A model generated the notes under the pieces. The model was not told the DNA's origin and did not search any database. It worked only from the letters and a program-made list of their open reading frames with translations. From positions 1 through 41,640 of the forward strand of contig DAOVCL010000001.1 in the NCBI GenBank assembly GCA_030670005.1: 41,640 nucleotides of DNA, given 5' to 3'. Below are positions 35,103 to 41,640 of this stretch, piece by piece. This stretch comes from Candidatus Zixiibacteriota bacterium (GTDB lineage Bacteria; SM23-81; DAOVCL01). A program made the position numbers and the translations under genes. Within the stretch, counting starts at the first letter, position 1, and every line of letters starts with the position of its first letter.

Positions 35103-38030
35103 CTACTTCAAGACTACCATTTTCTTTGTATCAGAAAACCTACCTGCTCTCAACCGGTAAAAATAGATGCCGCTGGAAACGGGGATCCCACCTTCACTCG
35201 TACCATCCCAGAAGATGGTTTTATAACCTGGCTTTTGGAAACCATCAACCAAAGTGGCAACCTTCTGGCCTAAGATGTTATAGATCTCCAGCTTCACATA
35301 ACTCCCCTTGGGCAGGGAGTAGCCAATCCTGGTTATAGGATTAAAGGGATTGGGGTAGTTTTGGGAAAGGGAGTAGAATCTGGGAACGCCTGGCCTATTG
35401 CCACCAAATTCATCCCCTACCCCTGTTACCCCCTCTAACCAATCTAATACCCCCTTCATTACCGCTACCCTCTTCTCAAAGGGCTCGATCCCCTCAAATC
35501 CAAAGGCGAAGAATACCAACCTATAAGTGTCTGTGTCAACTCCAATGGCTCCAGTTCCACTCGACCTTATATTCTTAGCTCCCTCGTCAGTAGTGGGGTC
35601 ATATTCAAATACAGGGAAGGCTAAAGAATGGGGAGTGATTGCCCCGCTGAAGGGTTGAGTTTGTGGATTAAGATCAATCTCAAGCCCATCTGTTACGGGG
35701 TTTCCAGGGGTACCCTTCAGATGGTAACTTCTGATAAAGGAGCTAAGGGAATCAGCGTATAGATAGTCAGAACAAAAGTTGGTGTTAGAGATCTCATACT
35801 GGATAAAACGTCCTGAGAGAAAAAGCTTCCCCCCATTATCCAGGTATCCTTTAAGGAGATCCCTCTCGGCTTCAGATAGGGTATTGACTGCCTGCCCTCC
35901 GGTAAACCAGATAACATTACTATAATTCATCAAACTCTCTTCAGGGACAGATTCATCAGTATCTACAAACTGCCTGTAGAATGCTCCTATACTATCTAAA
36001 ACTTGACTATAATATATTGAGCTTCCACGCCCTCCATCGTCTACTACAAGAAGGATTTGGGGTTCGCCAATTTCTAAGCCAAACTTTATGTCCTTGATGA
36101 AAAAACTGTCGTTAGCGGTTATGTGCAAGTGACAACAGGCCAAATGAGATGTTGATAAGCTGTCCACAATGAACCTGAATGGTTCACCAAGGTTAGCCCC
36201 AAGGGAACCTGCGGGAATATCTTGAAATTCCCCATAATTGTCTACAAAAGTGACAAATGAGTCTATTGTGCTTATTGTCGTTGTAATCCCAACTGCGTCT
36301 TCTTTTCCAACATTTTTCAATATCAGATACAGGTTACAGGTTTCCCCTGGGTCTGCCCTGCCGTTATTGTTACCTCCAACATCCTCTACAGTGTTAGAAA
36401 TGTGTGAGAGGACAGGATTCACTACCGTCATACTGAAGTAAGATTTCCATCTATCCTCATCTTCGCTCTTTACATCTAAGAGGAAGAGAACCCTGTGGCT
36501 GTCCGGACAAAATGGAGAAACAGAAAGAACAAAGTCATCTAAACCTTCGGCTATACTATGCCCGGGGAGATTCCAATAAAAAGCTGTGCTATCAGAAATA
36601 TAAATAAAAGTGTCACTGGAGTGTATACTTGCCGATACATCCCTATGTTCAATCGCATCGCAATTCTCCAAGGTTAAGTTGAGTTCTATTGTCTCTCTAC
36701 TGTTAACCCGACCATTGTCATTCCCGCTGCTTTCTCCTGATCTGTCATCATCTACTCTAAAGGAAGAAAGGAGAATACCCCTTTTTTGTAACATTATCGT
36801 TGGGTCGCCAAGCAAGGTCATCCCATAAAACCATTGTCTGGAGACTTCCCCATTGATAGCGAACCACTCCTTAAAAGACTCCCCCAATGATTTGCCCTGG
36901 GAAAGGGGAGTATAAAAATCCCCGAAATACAACATACTTCCTGTTTTAGTGCTTCCTATTGCCCCTAAGCCATAAGTTGGAGAGAATATATACCAGCCTC
37001 CCATATAATTCTTCTCTACATATCTACAGTTGGAACAGGCAAAAAGGTTATAAAATATAGCTACAGGATCTATGGTGACAATATCCCGATACCCTACTAC
37101 ACCACCTCCCCAACCTTCACCTATTTTAAAATGATGAGAAAACGGTGAAGAATGGCAATGAAGTTGGACCGATCCATAACCATCAGTTAGCCTCCTCTTG
37201 TAATCTTCTGCTATTGTGATATCACCTTTAGCTACCAGACTTCTTTGGTCATAAAGCGCGCTTAGATCATTATCCCATTCCTCAGCCCAGGGTTCCCAGT
37301 CATCGTCTACATAAAGCAGAGCTTTCCTTTCAATAGGAAAATTGCCAAGTTTGAACTCGTGATTTTTCCTGAAGTAATTATTCACCAACTCAGCTTCCGA
37401 ATCTCCCGAATAAACGAGAGGAGAAAAGGTCAAGCGACCTATCCAAATCTCTGGTTCTACATTTCCACTATGCTCATCAAACATCCCATCACTGTCTGAA
37501 TCAGCCCATATGCCGTCCAAATCCATATAGTAGAGATCAATGGGAAACTCCTCATATTCCCTCCCTTCTCCCCAGTCCTCATACATTTGATACCAAGGAA
37601 TGGGAAAGTCTCCCACTAACACACAGCCATTTAACCCTTCCGCGAAATGATCTTGAAGAAAAGCCCTGAGATCGGTTGGAGTTCCACCTGATGTTGTATA
37701 TAACCTTACCTGATAACCATCTTCCCCCAAATCCTGTATGTATTGGGCAATGGATGATTCAACCTCTGCATATAAGGACGAATTGATCATAATAAAGATT
37801 AACAAAGAATCATCTTTATTCGAAGTGGTTATCTTCTCTAATTTAACCTCAAAGGGCAGAGTTGTTTTGGGATGTAACCTATAATATTCTTGGTAGGATA
37901 TAGGCTCTCTACCAGAAGAATCAACCCATCTGGTAACCGGAACATCCTCTATTTCGTATGCGAAAAGGGAACTCATAAGAATTAGCCCAGTTACTAAGAC
38001 CAATGCAAACTCAATCCTTCTTTTAAACAT
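35103..38030 (-). CDS. Peptidase C25 (gingipain)-like protein with T9SS C-terminal sorting domain
   Basis: AAGGAGA SD upstream. Signal peptide MFKRRIEFALVLVTGLILMSSLFA. C25-like VLVGDFPIPW, and candidate His/Cys dyad contexts LHCHSSPF and LFACSNCRY. C-terminus SQNYPNPFNPITRIGYSLP...GIYFYRLRAGRFSDTKKMVVLK. Confidence 0.55.
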   Translation of the reverse strand: MFKRRIEFALVLVTGLILMSSLFAYEIEDVPVTRWVDSSGREPISYQEYYRLHPKTTLPFEVKLEKITTSNKDDSLLIFIMINSSLYAEVESSIAQYIQDLGEDGYQVRLYTTSGGTPTDLRAFLQDHFAEGLNGCVLVGDFPIPWYQMYEDWGEGREYEEFPIDLYYMDLDGIWADSDSDGMFDEHSGNVEPEIWIGRLTFSPLVYSGDSEAELVNNYFRKNHEFKLGNFPIERKALLYVDDDWEPWAEEWDNDLSALYDQRSLVAKGDITIAEDYKRRLTDGYGSVQLHCHSSPFSHHFKIGEGWGGGVVGYRDIVTIDPVAIFYNLFACSNCRYVEKNYMGGWYIFSPTYGLGAIGSTKTGSMLYFGDFYTPLSQGKSLGESFKEWFAINGEVSRQWFYGMTLLGDPTIMLQKRGILLSSFRVDDDRSGESSGNDNGRVNSRETIELNLTLENCDAIEHRDVSASIHSSDTFIYISDSTAFYWNLPGHSIAEGLDDFVLSVSPFCPDSHRVLFLLDVKSEDEDRWKSYFSMTVVNPVLSHISNTVEDVGGNNNGRADPGETCNLYLILKNVGKEDAVGITTTISTIDSFVTFVDNYGEFQDIPAGSLGANLGEPFRFIVDSLSTSHLACCHLHITANDSFFIKDIKFGLEIGEPQILLVVDDGGRGSSIYYSQVLDSIGAFYRQFVDTDESVPEESLMNYSNVIWFTGGQAVNTLSEAERDLLKGYLDNGGKLFLSGRFIQYEISNTNFCSDYLYADSLSSFIRSYHLKGTPGNPVTDGLEIDLNPQTQPFSGAITPHSLAFPVFEYDPTTDEGAKNIRSSGTGAIGVDTDTYRLVFFAFGFEGIEPFEKRVAVMKGVLDWLEGVTGVGDEFGGNRPGVPRFYSLSQNYPNPFNPITRIGYSLPKGSYVKLEIYNILGQKVATLVDGFQKPGYKTIFWDGTSEGGIPVSSGIYFYRLRAGRFSDTKKMVVLK

Positions 38031-38070
38031 CGCGATCTCCTTTTTTATTGACTTAGGAAGTCTTTTTCCC

Positions 38071-39143
38071 TCATCGTAGAAGTATCATCTTCCTGGCTCT
38101 GGTAAACTTGCCGGTCTTTAACCTACAAAAATAGACCCCACTGGAGACATCTTTGCCAGAATTATCCCTCCCATCCCACAAAACCCGGTAATCACCAGTA
38201 GGCTGCTCCTGATCCACCAGTGTTCTTACCTCCTGCCCGAGGATGTTGTAGATCTTAAGGGTGATGTGGTACGGTCTCCTCTCTATATCTCTATCTGGAA
38301 TGGAGTAACGAACCATGGTGCTTACATTAAATGGATTAGGATAATTTTGGTAGAGCTCAAAAACTTTAGGAATCACTGATCGGGGATCATAATCCTCTAC
38401 CCCCTCTAATCCGGAGTAGACCTCGATTTCATCGAAATTGGCATAAGTAGCGTCTGCCAAAAAACCCAGATAGTGCCAGCATATAGAATCTGGCATAGAA
38501 ACACCTATGTTTCGATAATTAGAAACAAGATAATGTCCGCCAGGACCGGGGTGGATCACCCAATTGGCTGGTTCCTCTTCTCCTTCTGGCCAGACCTTAA
38601 AGTAGATCTGCGCTGGTTGCTGGTTTACCGTATCTGATTGGCCCATCTTGAAGTAATACCAGCGATTTATCTCCAGATCAAAAGGGCGAAAAGCAAAATA
38701 AGGACAGTTAATAAACCTATCGGAAAGAAATAATCCTCTTTTACCACAGTCGTAAGGCGAGTAATAACACTCAATATTACGTCCATAGCAAAACCCGACC
38801 ATGGAAATAAGGAAATGAGGATTAGAATTAAGGAAAAATTCTGTAACTTTAATCTTTACCTGAGCAGTAAAGGCCACTGGTGGAGGATCGTAACCATTAG
38901 CGAACGTCATCCCTAGCAACGAACTGTCTCCACTCCAATGCCGATAAACTTTGGTGCTTCTATCTGTCACCACTTTCCAAGTACCATTCCAAGTGCTATC
39001 CCAAGCTGTCCATTCCCATCCCTAGCAGGCCCTCCTATGGTATCGTGTTCAAAATCATCAAACCAGAGAAGCTGTGCTTTGGCTAAGAAGGGGAAAAAAA
39101 GAACAAACAAAGCTCCAACTATTATTACTTTAAACTCCCTCAT
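38071..39143 (-). pseudogene. LamG/jelly-roll-like T9SS cargo gene whose 5' signal-peptide segment is out of frame with the body
   Basis: The ATG at 39143 follows TGAGGAGGTA and encodes MREFKVIIVGALFVLFFPFLAKAQLLWFDDFEHDTIGGPA..., but that frame stops at 38967-38969. The body frame (GWEWTAWDSTWNGTWKVVTDRS...) opens only after the TAG at 39022-39024. C-terminus YQNYPNPFNVSTMVRYSIP...VYFCRLKTGKFTRARKMILLR. Confidence 0.6.
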
Positions 39144-39171
39144 TTGAACTTACCTCCTCACTTCTAAGGCT

Positions 39172-40956
39172 TTACCTCAGCAAGACCATCTTTCTAATCT
39201 GACTAAGACTACCACATCTTAAGCGGCAAAGATATATCCCACTGGCCACCTCCTTTCCCTGGCTATCCTTTCCATCCCAGACAACCACATAATTGCGGGG
39301 GTCTTGCTCTTCATTCACTAATGTCCTCACCTCCTCTCCCAAGATGTTGTAAACCTTAAGAGTAACCGCCGACCGCGGACGGCCGACAGCCGACAATTGG
39401 TAGCGGATAAGGGTGGCGGAGTTAAACGGATTGGGGTAGTTCTGGAATAAGGTAAAATCCTTGGGCAGACCAAGATCATCATCCCCTGGTTCATCCACTT
39501 TATCCCAATCCCAGGTGACAACCTTAGCATAGATGTCCCATCCCTTGGACCGGCGAGCATCCTGCCAAGTAAAGGTGATCCGAGCATTGGTGAGGGCTAC
39601 TGATGGATACTCTTGATCTGGATTGGCGACATCTGGCCTCTGATTAACCAGGTAGTTTGTTCCCAGTGTGTCACCCGAACTGCTATATCGCTGAGCATAG
39701 ATGTCTTGGTCACCGTTACGATCATCTTGCCAACAGATGACGAAATCACCATCCCCATCCATTGCCATCCTAGGCCAGTATTGAGAACTTGAGTCAACAT
39801 CATCGGTCACCCTGAAATTTGCGCCCAGTGTATCGCCTAAGCTGTTATACCGCTGGGCATAGATGTCCCAGTCACCATTGCGTCCATCTTGCCAACAGAC
39901 GACAAAATTACCATCCGCATCCATTGCCATCCAAGGATACCACTTATAACCTGTCTCGACATCATCATCGTTCACCCTGAAATTTGAGCCCAGGGTATCA
40001 CCCGAACTGCTATACCGCTGGGCATAGATGTGCTCTTTACCACCGTTGCGGCTATCCTCCCAACAGATGACGAAATCACCATCCGCATCCATTGCTATCG
40101 AGGAAAACCATTGTTTACCTGTCTCGACATCGTTCACCCGGAAATTTGTGCCCAATGTATCACCTGAACTGCTATACCGCTGGGCATAGACGTTCACATA
40201 CGGATCCATAACACCCTGACTTTTACCCAAAACAGCAGAAGGACTACCGTTCCAGCCGAGGGGATGAGTGTTCCAACAGATGACGAAATCACCATCCGCA
40301 TCCATTGCTATCGAGGGGAAGGATTGATAACTTACCCCGACATCGTCGTTCACCCTGAAATTTGCACCCAGTGTGTCACCTGAACTGCTATACCGCTGGG
40401 CATAGATGTCCCCTAAATCACCGGGACGACAACCTTTCCAACAGATGACAAAGTCGCCAGCCGCATCCATTGCTATCGAGGGAAGCGACCCGCCCCTATC
40501 GCTCACCCTGAAATTTGCACCCAATGCGTCACCCGAATTGCTATACCGCTGGGCATAGATGCCACAGTCATTGTTGCGACAACCACTCCAACAAATGACG
40601 AAATTGCCTAATGCGTCCATAGCAACAACAGGACAACTCCAAAGACTTCCACTTATGGTATCATCGTTGACCAGAAAGTCATCCTTGATAATACCCGAAT
40701 TTATGCTCACCTGCTCTGGTTTTAACACTCTCCCCTTTGGCAGGGATATGGCCACTCGATGATTTCGGGCCCTCTCAAACCTATCGTGAGGAAAATCTCT
40801 ACCCCTGTCCACCGGCGAAAACTGACCGTTCTCTACATCAATCTCCCACCTTCTAACCTCAGGGCCAAATCGCTGCCACTGGGCAGAACAGAAATTCACT
40901 GCTCCCAGAGAAAGCAGAAGCCCAACAAGTAAAAAGAGAAAACTTACCTTGCGCAT
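39172..40956 (-). CDS. Tandem-repeat (propeller-like) secreted protein with T9SS C-terminal sorting domain
   Basis: ATG at 40956. Signal peptide MRKVSFLFLLVGLLLSLGAVNFCSAQ. About seven units of IYAQRYSSSGDTLGxNFRVNDD...SIAMDADGDFVICW. C-terminus FQNYPNPFNSATLIRYQLSAVGRPRSAVTLKVYNILGEEV... Confidence 0.8.
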   Translation of the reverse strand: MRKVSFLFLLVGLLLSLGAVNFCSAQWQRFGPEVRRWEIDVENGQFSPVDRGRDFPHDRFERARNHRVAISLPKGRVLKPEQVSINSGIIKDDFLVNDDTISGSLWSCPVVAMDALGNFVICWSGCRNNDCGIYAQRYSNSGDALGANFRVSDRGGSLPSIAMDAAGDFVICWKGCRPGDLGDIYAQRYSSSGDTLGANFRVNDDVGVSYQSFPSIAMDADGDFVICWNTHPLGWNGSPSAVLGKSQGVMDPYVNVYAQRYSSSGDTLGTNFRVNDVETGKQWFSSIAMDADGDFVICWEDSRNGGKEHIYAQRYSSSGDTLGSNFRVNDDDVETGYKWYPWMAMDADGNFVVCWQDGRNGDWDIYAQRYNSLGDTLGANFRVTDDVDSSSQYWPRMAMDGDGDFVICWQDDRNGDQDIYAQRYSSSGDTLGTNYLVNQRPDVANPDQEYPSVALTNARITFTWQDARRSKGWDIYAKVVTWDWDKVDEPGDDDLGLPKDFTLFQNYPNPFNSATLIRYQLSAVGRPRSAVTLKVYNILGEEVRTLVNEEQDPRNYVVVWDGKDSQGKEVASGIYLCRLRCGSLSQIRKMVLLR

Positions 40957-40993
40957 TTTTTCCACCCCCCAGTGGTTAAAGTCACCATTAATC

Positions 40994-41019
40994 GGACAGA
41001 CCTGAAGATCTGTCCCTAC
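40994..41019. repeat. 26-nt hairpin repeat GGACAGACCTGAAGNTNTGTCCCTAC, copy 2
   Basis: GGACAGA-CCTGAAGA-TCTGTCC followed by CTAC, 24/26 identical to 10865-10890. It lies about 40 nt upstream of the start of the repeat-protein gene. Confidence 0.75.
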
Positions 41020-41094
41020 AAGCATAACAAGGACTCCGATTTATTTGAGTCCAAGGAATCTCTGTGCGTTCAAGGCTCCTGCCCTTGACGGCAA

Positions 41095-41640
41095 TCACCT
41101 CAAGATTACCATCTTCCTGGTTTTCTCCACCTTTAACCTTTGACCCTCTACTTTTAACCTGCAGAAATAAACCCCACTGGAGACATCTTTGCCAGAATTA
41201 TTCCTCCCATCCCACAATACCTGGTAATTACCAGCAGGTTGCTCCTCCTCCACTAAGGTCTTAACCTCCTGGCCAAGGATGTTGTAGACCCGGAGGGTGA
41301 CGGCCGACGGCTGACCGCGGACGGCCGACAGGTGGTAGCGGATGAGGGTGGTGGAGTTAAATGGATTGGGGTAGTTCTGGAAGAGGGTGTATCCAAGAGG
41401 GATGGGCTTAATCCTCTCGCTCTCTTTAACCTCAGTGGGCACCCCAAACCATCCCAAGATGTTGTTTAAAAGCCTTGTCCTGGCCTCTAAACTCTGAGGG
41501 GGGGGGTTTGAAGTAATGGCCTCAAAGCCAAAACCAAAATAGACCAGCCGGTAGGAACCCTCATACCTTATGGCTGCAGGCTCAGGGGAGGGAAGATAGT
41601 TGAAAATAGTTGTGGCATCAGCTAAGGGGATGATGACATC
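41095..41640 (-). CDS. T9SS cargo protein, 3' part only (open reading frame continues past the window end)
   Basis: The frame is open from 41640 with no stop: DVIIPLADATTIFNYLPSPEPAAIRYEGSYRLVYFGFGFEAITSNPPPQSLEARTRLLNNILGWFGV... The YRLVYFGFGFE segment resembles YRLVFFAFGFE of the 35103-38030 protein. C-terminus FQNYPNPFNSTTLIRYHLSAVRGQPSAVTLRVYNILGQEV... Confidence 0.8.
   Translation of the reverse strand, partial: DVIIPLADATTIFNYLPSPEPAAIRYEGSYRLVYFGFGFEAITSNPPPQSLEARTRLLNNILGWFGVPTEVKESERIKPIPLGYTLFQNYPNPFNSTTLIRYHLSAVRGQPSAVTLRVYNILGQEVKTLVEEEQPAGNYQVLWDGRNNSGKDVSSGVYFCRLKVEGQRLKVEKTRKMVILR

Noticed and set aside
41458-41640. Apparent ORF truncation at 41457 next to the G9 tract, which suggested a frameshift.
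   Set aside because: Hand translation shows the frame is continuous from 41640. The ORF finder merely started at the first TTG. The gene is 5'-truncated by the window edge, not frameshifted.
1-41640. Looked for CRISPR arrays, rRNA and tRNA genes.
   Set aside because: There are no regularly spaced 25-40-nt direct repeats with unique spacers. There are no rRNA-like conserved blocks and no cloverleaf/T-loop signatures on either strand.

Overview
This 41.6-kb window comes from an uncultivated bacterium. It combines Por/T9SS-type C-terminal sorting domains, LolCDE, a TonB-dependent receptor and McsA/McsB/ClpC, which suggests an FCB-superphylum-like candidate lineage (inference only). Almost everything is encoded on the minus strand.

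The recognisable housekeeping content has three parts:
- A TonB-dependent receptor, then dnaB, a family-4 uracil-DNA glycosylase and coaBC.
- A translationally coupled purN-purC-purH-THEP1-like NTPase operon.
- A lolC/E-lolD-mcsA-(247-nt spacer)-mcsB-clpC block.

Seven genes end in a T9SS type A sorting domain. They comprise a GH16-like protein, a 1269-aa beta-helix/TPR protein, an FG-GAP propeller, a C25-like peptidase, a frameshifted LamG-like gene, a protein with tandem ~50-aa repeats, and a 5'-truncated gene at the window edge.

Two accessory features stand out:
- A large serine recombinase with a small upstream ORF (12.6-14.4 kb) is wedged between T9SS cargo genes.
- A lower-GC island (~20.2-28.7 kb) begins with an ~800-bp ORF-free, helix-rich region that ends in a textbook intrinsic terminator; I call this a candidate large structured ncRNA.
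  - Next comes the only plus-strand gene block in the window: an XRE regulator, two paralogous wHTH Rep-like proteins and a RuvC-like resolvase.
  - It ends with a minus-strand run of individually spaced genes: an HNH nuclease with a long helical tail, a 136-aa unknown, a PD-(D/E)xK nuclease, a divergent UDG-superfamily gene split by a frameshift, and a single-pass membrane protein.
  - No virion genes are present, so it looks like an integrated plasmid-like or defence island. It is the best candidate here for an undescribed system.

Intergenic DNA throughout carries unusual phased short-motif arrays and GTAGGG...CCCTAC hairpin repeats. I found no rRNA, tRNA or CRISPR array. All functional calls rest on motif recognition by eye; no database search was possible.
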